DNA of 62,856 nt, filler included, from Choristocarpus tenellus KU-1152 (lineage: Eukaryota; Protista; Phaeophyceae), in NCBI GenBank assembly GCA_964200185.2. It is 9 parts of 9 records of this genome, joined end to end, with 100 filler letters (N's around TTAATTAATTAA, not from the genome) between each part and the next. Parts side by side here need not be neighbours in the genome. Positions count along the whole stretch, not along the records: positions 36,560 to 42,698 come from CAXNAD020008849.1; positions 42,799 to 62,856 come from CAXNAD020000420.1; 7 more parts are not named here. One strand, given 5' to 3'. The translations under genes were made by a program, and so were the position numbers. Within the stretch, counting starts at the first letter, position 1. Each line of letters opens with the position of its first letter. Positions 36,600-49,020 of this stretch are shown one piece after another. The notes beneath the pieces are model-generated. The model saw only the letters and a program-made list of their open reading frames with translations. It was not told the origin of the DNA and made no database searches.

Positions 36600-39500
36600 A
36601 CTGCTCTCCCGATCCAAGTCTCCCACTCCCCTGCTGCGGAAGTTTCGTAACTCTATCCCCACCGACTTGTGCAAAAACCCTTGTTCCAGACCCCAACTGT
36701 ACAGTAGGACCTGACCCCAATTGCTCTTCTTCAGCAGTACTCGACCCCAATTGCTCCACAGCATTAATGCCTTCAACCTTACCCTCCAAATATAATCCAG
36801 GTTCTTCATCCTTAGAATCCCCAGGTGTCATTTCCCCACTCGCGGTCACTGGAAAAAATCCTTCCCACCTCTTCAGTGACAACCCTGAAGATTGATGCCG
36901 GGTGTCATCATGCAGGTTACTATCCCACATGGACTCCCAACTGATGTCCCTTCTCACAACGAGTCGCCCTGAACATGGCAGCAGAATTCGGTAAGTGTGG
37001 GGAGGGTATTGGTTATGAGGTGCAAAACCCATCATGAAACAAGGTTCAGGATGAGGTGAAGACTTTGTGGGCCGGTTATCGATGCGAGCATAGCCACGGC
37101 TACCCCAGATTGGAAGTTGCGTAACATCAGCAGGACGTCCATGCCATAATTCCCATGGAGTTGCCCGGCCTTCATTCACAGACGTTGGTGTCATGTTGGT
37201 GAGATCGTTGGTGTGTGACATCGCCTCCGTCCATAAGGTCCCATCATTTTCCAATCTCACACCATATTGCAGTACAAGTGACTTACTTCTCCCACACCAA
37301 GGCAATTCTCCTTTCAACCACTTCGTTGTACTGAGGCGCACCGGGCACAGTGTGCTCGTGTCGAATGCCGTAGGTTTCCAGCATTGACTCAAATGCAGCC
37401 CCAGTAAATTCCGTCTCACAGTCCGTCCTCACAGCTCTGATCTCTACCTCAGCAGGCTTCGCCACGTCAATCAAGAATCTCTCCAATGCAGATGATGTCG
37501 TTTGATCACTCTTGGTTCTCAAGTAATACCCGAAACTCTTTTGAGTGTAGTCATACACTCTGAACATCACATAGTAATGCCCCTTCCCCTTACTGGGTTG
37601 TTCTTTTGGTCCAGTCAAGTCCGTATAAACACGCCCCCCCCTTACCGAAGCCCGATTCTCAGTCTCCTTTGGAATTGGATGCCAATGTCCTTTGCCGAGT
37701 GAGCAACCTCAACAAAATGGTCCTTAAGTCCCAGTCAGCAAAATATTCTGGGCAGAAGCGTATTTCCTCACCATCCCCTGATGTACATGGCCTGATCCTA
37801 CATGCAGCTCATTGACATCCATTGACGCAGTTTTCCGGGTCAAGTTAATTCTTGGTGTGCCAGAAACGGGTGTTGCATCAGTGGTGGGGACATTAGTAGA
37901 GTCAGAGCCATTCATCACACTCACTCCGCGCATCCCCAGGGAGAATAATTCCTCCTCCCCCAATGACGTGAAGGCGAGGTTTCGTTCCCCGTTGTCCCTA
38001 AAAGTTGAGATTCTAGTAGAGTCGACAGACCGGAAACTGTGACCATCTCGCATCCAAGCCTTGGCAGAATGCAAATTCACACCAAGATCAGGCACCACAA
38101 GTACGTTAGTGAATACAACAGTCTCCAATTTACCACTTAGAACACATTCTAATTTGATGTCCCCCTTCCCCACGATTTCAAGTGTTCCACCATCTCGAAC
38201 TGCAACAGTTCCATCGCAAGATTCCCAATTGACGGTCTCTTAAAGGGAAGTGATTTTACCTTACTAGCAAGATAACTCACTTAATTGGTTACTGGAAAAC
38301 CTCCCAATCTTGGTTGTCCTTCGCCGGATCCATCCGATTTTGGTCCTCCTCCCGTGTTCTTAGAACCATTCCCCCCCTTCCGATTCTTCTTCTTCTGAAT
38401 GTTCGGAATTCCAGACCCCTTGACGATCCTAATTTTCTTTGCGAAGATGCGAAGCTTTGATGTCCTACCTCCTCCCATACAAAGCAAGTAATACCCCCTT
38501 CAGTCGCCTTCTGCTTCTTGATTTGTGGGCACTTGGATCGGAAGTGAGGTCCACCACATTGCCAACAATCACGTTGCCCATCAGTGCGGCTGGATTGCCG
38601 TCCTGCCACCAGTGCGCCAGCTCTCACCCCAGTCGATTTTGTTCCCTTTTGAATAGAGCACAGTCGATATCTCTTCAGGACTAACTTTTCCAGTTTTATC
38701 CACCCCTCTGCCGACTTGACATCATCTATCTGGAACAATATGTTCAGATACTCTTCGGGAGTGAGTTTTGTAGCCAACCCACTCGATCTTCCTTTGTCAC
38801 GGAACCTCCCAAGCTCTTCATCTCCATTACAAGAGCCTTCTGACGGTTAATGCTGTCAGCAGGATCTCCCCCAGGTTCCAGCACCATGTCCATTAATTGC
38901 CGTTTCATGAGATTTCTCTCCGCTTGTCCAGAATGAGCATAATTCTTGACAAGTGCGGCGAATGCCTCACTCGGAGATTCGTACGTCAGCATGATGTCCA
39001 AAGCAGCTCCTGTTGTCGATTCCTGTAGTCCATTAATGGTGTACATCATCGCATGGATGGTGCAGATACGGGTTCACACCTGTTGGGGAATACTCCAACG
39101 ACCGTACCCTCAGATGTTCCTTCGTTACCAGTGACTCCCTCCATCCCAATGAGAGAGCAAGTGTAAGAAACGTTTTTCTCGACTTCCTCCACGTTCCTGG
39201 TTCCCCCTGAACGCAGGTTGTTTGAAGGAATATTTCTTTAATTTCGGCGCAAAGACGGGTCTAGTCCCCACAGCCACCGTATCTCTAGCCCCGGCCCTAA
39301 CCTTGCCCCCTTGCGCGGCTGATTTCCCTCCTTGAATATTACCCCCCCTCGGGTGCTTGACAGTTCTTCCACTCTGTCATCAATTGAGTTCAGACTTGTA
39401 TCAAATCTTGATCTGGGCATCATAGTTGTTTATCTTGACTCCTTCCTGGTGATAGTTAAGATCGAAGTATATAAATTACGCAAGCACGCTCATAGAGAAT

Positions 39501-39823
39501 GCGATAGCATGTGAAGCTGTCCTTGACCAGTTGTCCCACACAACCAGTTGTATTATTTTTATTAATTTATATCACAGTTAAGAAGAGGTGAGACACCATC
39601 ACTAGTTGGGGCTCACCAGACCTTACAGTAAATGAATCAGATTACCAAATGACTTGACAGTTTTCTAGTACACATCAAAAACACTCCGACTCTAACATTC
39701 CGCCAATTGCTTCTGGTCAAATACCCCGCCTAAATATCCTTAATATCCCGCAACATGGTCTGTGCGTACATAAAATATTACTTCCAATCATATTCTCACA
39801 AATGGTCACGTATGATCTTGACA
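36600..39823 (-). mobile_element. Ty1/Copia LTR retrotransposon, 5' half (5' LTR ~39427-39823, gag, protease, GAG-pre-integrase, integrase), frameshifted
   Basis: Zinc knuckle CWQCGGPHFRSKC; GKGDIKL...VLVVPDLGVNL; ELHVGSGHV; integrase VRTDCETEF...TVPGAPQYNEVVERR; TPWELWHGRPADV. The LTR starts with TG exactly where mariner homology ends and is followed by a decayed PBS-like ACTATGATGCCCAG. Confidence 0.9.
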
Positions 39824-40860
39824 AAGTACAGTCCTGCTCATACACATCCCCCTTTTTATGGTTCTTGCTTGTCATGTCGACCATTTTTGGCGCACACACA
39901 CACGCCAAACACCAAGCTTTCCATCAAAGCGGTGAGGCACATCTGGGCGGGCGCTGGCTGCAACAATCATGATTTGGAGGATATGACTCTTGTGCTGCAC
40001 AGTAGGGGACCCTGGAAGGTCGCTATCATCCTCATGTGGAGATACCCTAACCCTTTCCCCATCAGCCATCACAAAAAAACAGGTTTCATTGTGTTCGCCA
40101 TGGAGGCGTACACACCACGTTTTGCTCCACTTGATTGCAAATAGAGTCCATTCTCCATACCTTTTGCTACGATTTAAGCTTGGGTTTGATCTAGCGGCGA
40201 TCCAGCATGGCCCCCATATCATCCAACCCCTTATTTATGGTGCTTGTGCTATAGTTCAGCCCCTTGGCAGCCATCTTTATTGTCACTTGATTTACTGTGG
40301 ATAACCCATTATTGGAGTTGATAATATGTATTGCGGCCATGTTGGTCGGTGTGAGCTCCGAAGGCCACCCAATATGTGCTGCCACCCCTAGGTCAAGCAT
40401 GTGGCACAGGCAAACTGATCAGCGACGTCCTTTGCAGAGCCCTCACATGTATCACTCGCAGACACTCCAAACTCTGCTGCAAGGGACGACCCAACATGTC
40501 GCAGCAGTTCATGCTCACCAGGGGCTGTCGCGAGGGTGTGCTGCATTGCAAGCGCAACCGTGGTATTCAGGGACACTTGGACACCCTTCCTATGTGTGGG
40601 GGTCGACAGGGGTGTTGTCATGTCGACGTTCTGACCCTCGACATGCCCAGTTCTGGCCTCGAAATCACTCCAAAAGACCCTTACTTTCACGACTTGAAGC
40701 ACCTCGAGTTTGTACCTGATGTTCCTCGACCCCCACCTTTTCTGAAAGGTGAGATTGTCAACCCGATTTCAACCTGTGGGGTTATCGTCCAATCGTGATG
40801 TTCTCGCTCGGCGAGCCGAGCCCAGATGTTTCGTGGCACAAACTTATGGCACAGAGGTAG
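39824..40860 (-). mobile_element. Tc1/mariner (plant-mariner/Stowaway-like) transposon copy A, 5' part with TIR and TA
   Basis: TA|CTACCTCTGTGCCATAAGTTTGTGCC terminus at 40860; transposase fragments NETCFF...VQHKSHILQIMIVAASARPD...FDGKLGVW...SKNHKKGDVYEQDCT; truncated by the Copia insertion. Confidence 0.88.
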
Positions 40861-41840
40861 TATGAAATTCGATGTATACCACCAACGGTTTCTACTGTAG
40901 TCATATTGTGTGGTGCACTAAACCTCAACCCTCTCGTTAATGCTAGATGAACTAAGAATTCGCTAGAAGTAACCACAAGAGTCTGCTCTAATACTCTAAT
41001 CCTCTTCTAGATAGTAGCATATATGCACTGAGAGGTTGTCCGATACTACAGACATAAATGTCTCTTCCGAGAGATGGGAAGGATGAATTCACCAGGACAA
41101 GGACTCAGGTTTCCTTCTATGGTCAAAAAAAGCCACGGCACATTCTGTACTCCAAGATGGACTGAAAGAGGAAATTCCAGATTGGTTCAGTCAGGATAGG
41201 TCCCACAGACAGATTGCCCCTGCTTCCTGCGTTGCAGGTTTACCCACATCATTCCCCCAGTTGATTGTTCCAACTACTTAGTATTCCACACGAAGTATAT
41301 ACATACTCCAGAATAGAACCCCCCCTGAACCACCTAACCCCACCTTGAGAAAAGAGAAAAGCAAGAGGTGTTGCTGTGAGTGTGTCTTCAGGAGCATTTA
41401 CCTGAACGCAAGATCTGGTAATAGTAACAGTGTATGGACAGCAGGCAGACAGATGGGCAATCAGTGAAGAAAAATTCACTGTAGACATCAGATTTTACAG
41501 AACAATCGTGCAGAATGTTGTGTTCTTACTTGTTGGAATTTCGGCAAGTGTCACCTTGGTACGATGGCGACGTTGGATTTTCTTTTGGGAGTCTCACCTG
41601 CCACTCTCTCCATCCAGAAAAACGAAGAGACCCAATCCTGCCGTCATGTGATGTATGTGTCAAACTTCTTATGGAAAGATGTCAGACAATGTAAGTCAAG
41701 TTCTAACCACTTTTGCCCTCCCCCTTTGTGATTCCTTTGCGTGCATGTGATGGGTTATGTTTTTTGGACTTGATGTACCTGGTACAATAAAAAAATAGTG
41801 AGCATTATTGTTTCTCATCTCTTCTCTTTTGTTCTTGTAG

Positions 41841-42097
41841 GACCCAAAGCATTTAAGAGAATAGGAGTTTCGTCCCGTTTGTCGTTCGGGGCTTGGCTCC
41901 CACGGTTTTTATGCCTTTTCTCAGTTTTCTGTGTGAACACAGTTGCCTAAAATGTTTACGACAATGAAAGGTGTGCCCATAGCAAGGATTTTGACACTTG
42001 CTAACAAAAACGATAGCCAAAATTCATCAAAATCACAATATGGATTTATGACCTCAAACGGACACGGTCCTACCTACCCTCTCAAATGCTTTGGGTC
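41841..42097 (-). mobile_element. MITE family A divergent copy with TSD TAG
   Basis: TAG|GACCCAAAGCATTT...AAATGCTTTGGGTC|TAG. Confidence 0.8.
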
Positions 42098-42530
42098 TAG
42101 TTTTTTTTTCCTTTTTTATTTCTATTGTACTTATATTTCTCAAGAGTTAAGTAATTATTCCCTTCTTCGGACCAGGGTGCCAAATACAGCCAAGAAATCT
42201 TCGGGTTGACAGCACTGACCCCAAATCTGGATACTTTGTCCAACCAAATATTGGGGATTTTCAGCAGATTGGTATGACTTCTGTAAGCTATACTGCCAAT
42301 ATACATACATACCAATGGCGGTGTGTACTCAACCGACAACAGTTGACCGTTCTGCTGTCGGTGGAAATTTTATAATTTGGTTCTCTGCTTTGGTCTATCT
42401 TTTCAACCATGGACCTGGGACCCCTCAGATGAATGTGAACAATGTAATTTAGTAAAGTAAATAGGCTGGACTCGGGGATTGGGGGTTGGACAGGGGATAG
42501 GAAAGTAGGGAGTGCAGTGTGACTCACGGT

Positions 42531-42698
42531 GAGCCAAAGTATCTTAGAGGGTAGAGCCGCGTCCATTTGGGGGCCGAAATCCAATGTTGCGATTTTGATA
42601 TAATTTTGGCTGTCTTTGTTAGCAAGTGTCAATATCCATGTTCTGGACACACCTTTTAATAGCATACATACTTTACCTAGGGTCAAAGTATCTGGGGG
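42531..42698 (+). mobile_element. MITE family A copy interrupted at 42680 by the start of a family B MITE
   Basis: GAGCCAAAGTATCTTAGAGGGTAG... switches to GGGTCAAAGTATCTGGGGG at the contig end. Confidence 0.8.
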
Positions 42699-42798
42699 NN
42701 NNNNNNNNNNNNNNNNNNNNNNNNNNNNNNNNNNNNNNNNNNTTAATTAATTAANNNNNNNNNNNNNNNNNNNNNNNNNNNNNNNNNNNNNNNNNNNN

Positions 42799-44553
42799 GC
42801 CAGAACTGGGCACGTTGAGGGTCAGAACGTCGGCATGGCAACCCCCCCGTCGACCCCCCTGCGTAGGAAGGGTGCCCAAGTGTCTCTGAATACCAGGGTT
42901 GCCCTTGCAGTGTGACACGCCTCGCGATGGTCCCTGGTGAGCATAACCTGCTGCGACACGTTGGGTGGGCCCTTGCAGTGGGGTTTGGAGTGTCCAAGTG
43001 TTACGTGCGAGGGCTCTGGGAGGACGTTGCTGGTCAGCTCGCCTGTGGGTGGCCACACGCTTGACCCAGGGGTGGCGGCATGTAGTGGGCGGCCTTTGGA
43101 GCTCACACCGACCAAGATGGCTGCAATACATAGTACCCACTCCGATAATCGGTCATCCACAGTGCGTCAGGTGACAATGAAGATGGTCACCAAGTGGCTG
43201 AATTATAGCACGAGCACCATAAAGAGGTGGTTGGATGATATGGGGGCCATGCCGAATCGCCGCTGGATCAAACCCAAGCTTAAATCGTGGCCAAAGGTAT
43301 GGAGAACGGACTTTGTTTGCGATCAAGAGGACCAGAAACATGGTATGTTTGCCTCCATAGCGAGACACGATCCATGCGGATGAAACCTGGTTTTACATGG
43401 TGGCTGATGGGGAAAGGGTTAGGGTATTCCCACATGAGGATGATAGCGACCTTCCAGGGTCCCCTACTTTGCAGCACAAGAAGAGTCATATCCCCAAAAC
43501 CATGATTATGGCAGCCAACGCCCGCCCAGAATTAGGCTCACAGCTTTGATGGAAAGCTTGGTGTTTAGCGTGTGTGTGCGCCAAAAACGGAAGATAGGAC
43601 AAGCAAGAACCATAAAAAGGGGGATGTGAATGAGCAAGATTGTACATTTTACCATTTGTGGTACAGGAAGTGGTACACGGAGGAGTTACTGCCTGCGGTC
43701 AAGACCAAGATGCCTTGGTTGCAGGAGAAGCACGTCATCGTTCAGTAAGACGGTGCCACCCCCCACACGGGCAAGGGCAACTCAGAAATCTTGTCAGGGA
43801 CAGGGAAGACTGAGGGGTGGTCGATTAGGCTTGTGACGCAGCCATCTAACTCCTCCGACCTCAATATCATGGACTTGAGCTTCTTCAGGTCCTTGAAATG
43901 CTGGGTGATGAGGGAGCGGTTTGGGTCCATTGAGGAGATGGTGAAAGTCATTAAGAAACAGTATGAGTATGATGAAACCACAGTTGAGAGGGATTGGCAG
44001 CTCCTTTTTGTGGTGTACAACCAAGTACTTTGATAAAAAGGGGGAAATGACTTCAGTGTGGAGCACGAGTGAAAGTATCTTATAGGGCATGGGTTTAGCC
44101 CTGTTGTCCATTTGGGACTTGGCTACTCATGGGCTTTTTTATGGCATTTTCCTACTCCGAAATGTTTCGGAAGTAGGTAAAATAATGCGTTATGAAAGGT
44201 TGTGTTCAGAACATGGATATTGACACTTCCTAACAAACACGATCATCAAAGTTACATCAAAATCGCAACAATGGATTTTGGCCTCCAAATGGACGCGACT
44301 CTACCTTCTCAGATACTCACACAGGGGCAAAGAAGAGGCAGTCGTCTGGTGAGCTTGAAAACACACCGAAGGTAGACATGGAGGCTTTTTCTACGGGTGA
44401 TAAAATTGTGATGGATGGGGAGTACTAATAATACGAAGAGCTGAACCTAACCAAATATTTGTCAAGGATTCCAAATCTTCTTGCAGAAATGAATTTCATC
44501 AACATCTTCAAAAGTTATGGACAACGCAGCACAGACTTATGGCACGGAGGTAG
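42799..44553 (+). mobile_element. Tc1/mariner (plant-mariner-like, DD40D) transposon copy B, transposase pseudogene plus 3' TIR
   Basis: HADETWFY, SHIPKTMIMAANARP, FDGKLG, Q*DGATPH...QPSNSSDLNIMDLSFFRSLK, GGNDFSVEH; 3' terminus GCACAGACTTATGGCACGGAGGTAG|TA at 44553 matches the copy A terminus. Confidence 0.9.
44067..44317 (-). mobile_element. MITE family A inserted in the mariner transposase, TSD CAC
   Basis: CAC at 44064-44066 and 44318-44320; removing the insert restores FSVEH-TGAKKRQSSGEL...GEY*. Confidence 0.88.
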
Positions 44554-45128
44554 TACGTTGATTTTGTGGGGCGAGATTGACAAAATGACGACTGCTATAG
44601 TTTCAATTTGTAGCATATACTGTAATATCAAAGAAGAAAAATAGACAATTACGACAATATTGTTCTAATAATATACTTTAATACTTGATGCATTTTTGTA
44701 ACTATGAAGAATTAATAGTACTAGCACGAGAAATTTGTACGTACTACACTAATAATATTGTGATTGATGAGTAGGGGTCATGGTATGAAAAAGCAACCTT
44801 CGAGAACCATAATAACATATCACATCCTACGTATGATATGTCTCACAATGAGCCAACAAGTGTGCTCGTTTGCACTTGCTCCCAATCATGCTACACCCTT
44901 TCAAGTCAGTGGCATCAGTCAGTTCACGTGATCAATGTCCACTTTAAAATAAGCACTTAGTACTTGATCATATGATGAAACAACGAAGGACGCAGTTCAT
45001 TTTCGTTCAAGTTTTTGCAGAGAAACCAAGTATTATCATAATAATATACCACTTATATACAAGCACTATATTGTACTCAGGAAGAGAACAAGAAGGCAAG
45101 GACCTCTCTTAATCCTAACACTCACTCT

Positions 45129-48126
45129 GAGCCGAAGTAAGCGAGAGGTACCCAGGGTTGCAGTTTAAGGATACTGTCCATTTTGTACAAATTTCGACAT
45201 TTTGTTTAAATGGGTATGGGGACTTCTGAATTCTGTCGAAAGCTTCCAAACTATAGAGAAATTAACACTCTCAAGTTAATTTTAGCTCTTTATCCATAGA
45301 AATAAGGGTGAATCCCAAAAGATGAAAAAAATTTCCTTAAAATGCAAAACGGACAAAACCAGTGTAGAGGTGTATTGTAGAAGAGACACCACAAGTCCTT
45401 TCCCCGTCTACAACAACACCAAATGGCCCTTGAATCGATATTAAGTGTGTAGATAAATTGTAGAGGAAATCGTAGCATGTCCAAAATGGCAGCAAGCAGC
45501 AATCGCTGGTAGAGAGCGAAAAAATAACATGCCCATCAGATGGAGAAGACGAAACGAAATGAAGAGGAATCCAATAGCTGCTACCGCTAGAGTACAGCAG
45601 TACTAAGCAAATAACAGTGCGCTTTGATTTCCTCATTGCCTTCGTCCAGACTGACCGCAGCACACATTGTATCAACAAGTAAAGAGATCAACAAGAAACA
45701 CAATCTTCAACCTATAACAAAATTTTCAGGCCCAGAAAGAGTATTGTGAAGATTCTGTCCACCCCCTTCTTCCTTCTCGTTTGTATATTTTGTATTCTAT
45801 TTTCATCAGCAGGGGGACATACGCGCATCCTTCAGCTTTTTTCCGGCTGATTTTTGTTAGTAAGGACACTTCTTCAAATAACTTGGGTTGATTAGCCTAC
45901 AGTTATACTGTAGTATAGTACATGAGCCTAACCAATCTTCCCTCCTCTCCGAAATAGACCCTTCCACAGCAGACCACCCATCCACATGGTACAACTACTA
46001 TTTATCTCCCCTGTCAATTATTTTTGAGCCTCCGTCGACCAGATCCAGGAGAGCAATAAAATCATCCATGGTTGTTCCCCTGTCATCCCTCTTTCCACCA
46101 CCATGCTTGTTTAGGATCCCTTTCCGTGGATAACCTCCTCGTTCTTTGATTCCTACATTTGGCTACACAGGCAATCACAGATAGAACACCCCTTAGCTTG
46201 AGGTGATCTTCCCCCTTCACCCTCCAAAACAACCCACAAGATTTTTAAGACGGATTAATGTCGGCCAAAGAAGAACATATCTGTTCTGACTGGCATCCTC
46301 ATTCTGTGGCAAATACCAGCAGCTACAAAGAGGAAAAATAGGAGAAGGGCTCCGCCAAGAGGGATCTCTGATATCATGCCAGCTCCATAGATTCCTCTGG
46401 CTTCTGGACACCCTGTCACTCAGCCTGCAACAGGAATGACACACCACATACTCCAAAATGTTTAAATTCTTCCCCAGCTACACCCTAGTCACCCCTCCAC
46501 GAAAAAGTCGAAATAAAATCAAGAAAACAAAAAAATATAATAGTCACGGCCATTACTTCACATATGAGGTGAACCCCATATGCTTCACGCTGAAGATTTA
46601 CCAAGTGACATCAACGGGGAACAAAGACTGTAGAGATGCCAACATTTGATTTCTATTTCTTGGTTCTAATATCCTAGCTGAATGCTTTCTTGATACACTG
46701 ATGAAAGATATGTGAGCTTAATCCTGCTGGTCAACCTAATCGGTACAAGTAAAAAATAACCCTCAACCCCTCCCCTTCACCCCACTAACTCAAAAATGAT
46801 GCCTTTGCAAGGTTTTGAATAAAAGGTCTGCGATGCGTGACAAAGATATGCGACCTGATCATATTCCTTTGCTTAAGTCAGCCAAATATCACTCTGGTCC
46901 TAATCCTAAAGTCAAGCCTTGAACCCTCGAATTAAGGTCAAGACATCCAATGAAAGGTATACAACATCAGAAACTGAAGCAGAGGGGAATGCAAGGTAGG
47001 GAAGGGGAAAAGAGGGTGAGTAGGAAGAGGACAACACTAATCAAAGCACTTGGAATCCTTCTGTCTGGTACAATATACAATATCTGAGAGAGTAACAGTG
47101 AGCATCTAAGCCTTCATCCCAAGACAGCCTCCGAAAAAGTAGGTGGGAAAAACGACGAGAGGAAGAGAGAGAGGAGTTCAATTATGGTTCAGGCAGTGCC
47201 TGTTGTCTTGAGCCCACCCCATACAGCTGCTCCTATTAGAGCAACTCCTGCAGCCACTCCAATACCAACACCAACTTTCTCTCCAGTGCTTAGCCCTCCA
47301 TCTGAGGAACCACCCGCAGAGTTTACTTCCAATTCTTCAGAGAGGGGTGTGATAAGGGTTGACCCTTGGGAGGGGGATACAGTGGCTTGGTCAATAATGC
47401 CTCCTCGGCCAATTTCTGAACTGGTTACTGAGGGAGCCGCCGTCCTTAGTACAGAAGATAGGTGTGGGAAGGAGGGTGGGTTGTTGAGGAAATTTGTTCA
47501 AATAGAGTCTGGTAAAGATGAGGGGAGTGAGGTAGGGCACGTACATACAAATATGGAAAAATAACAATTATACACACCAATAGGATGGATTCACCCTTCA
47601 GCACCTTCTTTACCCTCGACCTTACCAGAATTTATCTTATCACCTCTTGATATGGGTCCAGTTGGGGTGGGGAATGACAGCTCAGTAATAGGGAAGGAAA
47701 CTATGCTTTTGAGTTTGTTCTGTTGGAGGTGGAAGGTAGTTGATTAATATATTCTTTATTTTAAATGTTTCTTACTCCGCAGTGTGCTCTGTGAAATGGG
47801 AAGGGGGTGTGGAGGAAAGTGAACCACCCAAACCATAGTGTGGTAAGATAATAAAAAAAATATACTGAGCCTAAGAAAAAGAAAAATACACCCTATTTTT
47901 TTTATATTTTGATTTTGAAGTCAATTTATCATATTTTGCGTCTCACTCTAAATTCTAAGGATGAAGTGATTCAATTAACTTGGGAGTGTTAATTTCTCTA
48001 TAGCCTGAAAGATTTTCAACAGAATTCAGAAAAAAACCAAGGCACATTTGTATAAAAAAACAAAATTTGCACATTCGTCAGCATCGATATGATGCGAGCC
48101 AGGCCACCTCTCATTTGCTTTGCCTC
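45129..48126 (-). mobile_element. ~3-kb decayed DNA transposon with ~150-bp imperfect TIRs, PIF/Harbinger-like
   Basis: Left GAGCCGAAGTAAGCGAGAGGT...CTATAGAGAAATTAACACTCTCAAGTTAATT; inverted at right (AATTAACTTGGGAGTGTTAATTTCTCTATAG...ACCTCTCATTTGCTTTGCCTC). Flanks TCT/ACT. The minus strand near 46190-46340 gives a broken LFVAAG..H / *SVLK-NLVGCFGG, resembling the Harbinger DxGY...ESVRKDVECFFGxLK segment. Confidence 0.6.
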
Positions 48127-48517
48127 ACTCCTACTATTTTTATAATACCCCTAAAGCTAGAACTCTATATTTGATAAAATGTCCTGGTTCAAAAGCTTGG
48201 AGGGACGGGAAAGGACAGGGGACACTGTATGGGGATGGCAGGGGACACAAATGGAAAAATTGTGTTGAATTCTTGGAGGTGAAAATCATACAAGAGCATG
48301 TGGGGCATGTCCATGCACACGTGGTTTGGTTGGGGTGGAATTTTGGAGCAGATGGATGGTAGAGCAAGTGTTTGAATGTGGGTGATCCATATTTGTGTTC
48401 TACATCCTCTGTTGTATTGTATGGATTGCAGCAGGAGAGAGGAGGAAATGGGAGGGAATTACTCCAGAGTATTGTCACACCTGCAGCCCCTTCGTCATCG
48501 AAAGGGCAACCACAACT

Positions 48518-48694
48518 GGACATAAAGTATCTGGGGGGTGGGGGGATCTGTATCTTTGTGTCCATTTGGGTCATAACCAAGAAAAGTGTACTTACATTAT
48601 CCATCCGATGTATGCTACCAAATCACCCAAAAATCGTGACAAAAAAAAATTGGCCCAAAAGGACAGTCACCACCCCCCACAGATGCTTCAAGCC
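48518..48694 (+). mobile_element. MITE family B, full-length copy (177 bp), TSD ACT
   Basis: ACT|GGACATAAAGTATCTGGGGGGTG...CACCCCCCACAGATGCTTCAAGCC|ACT; ends of the same family at 8931, 9073-9128, 13151, 15905, 36400, 36560-36599, 42680, 62790. Confidence 0.82.
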
Positions 48695-48784
48695 ACTGTC
48701 CTCCATCCTCTCTATGTTATGCAATTGACTATAAAGTATTAGCAGCTTTGAGGCGGAGAGCTGCACATCTCCATGCACAAAAGA

Positions 48785-49020
48785 GTCAAGTCCATTTGGG
48801 GGCCAAAATCCAATGTTACGATTTTGACATCATTTTGGCTATAGTGTTTGTTAGGAAGTATCAATATCCTTGTTCCGGCCACACCTTTTCATAACATATA
48901 TGTTTTAATTACTCTGAAATGTTTTGGAGTAGGTAAAATGTCATCAAATACCCTTGGGAAGTCAATACCCCAAACAGAAAAACAGGGTAAAACTTGTACC
49001 CTCTGAGATATCTTTAACTC
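48785..49020 (+). mobile_element. MITE family A copy, left end decayed
   Basis: GTCCATTTGGGGGCCAAAATCCAATGTT...TACCCTCTGAGATATCTTTAACTC. Confidence 0.8.
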
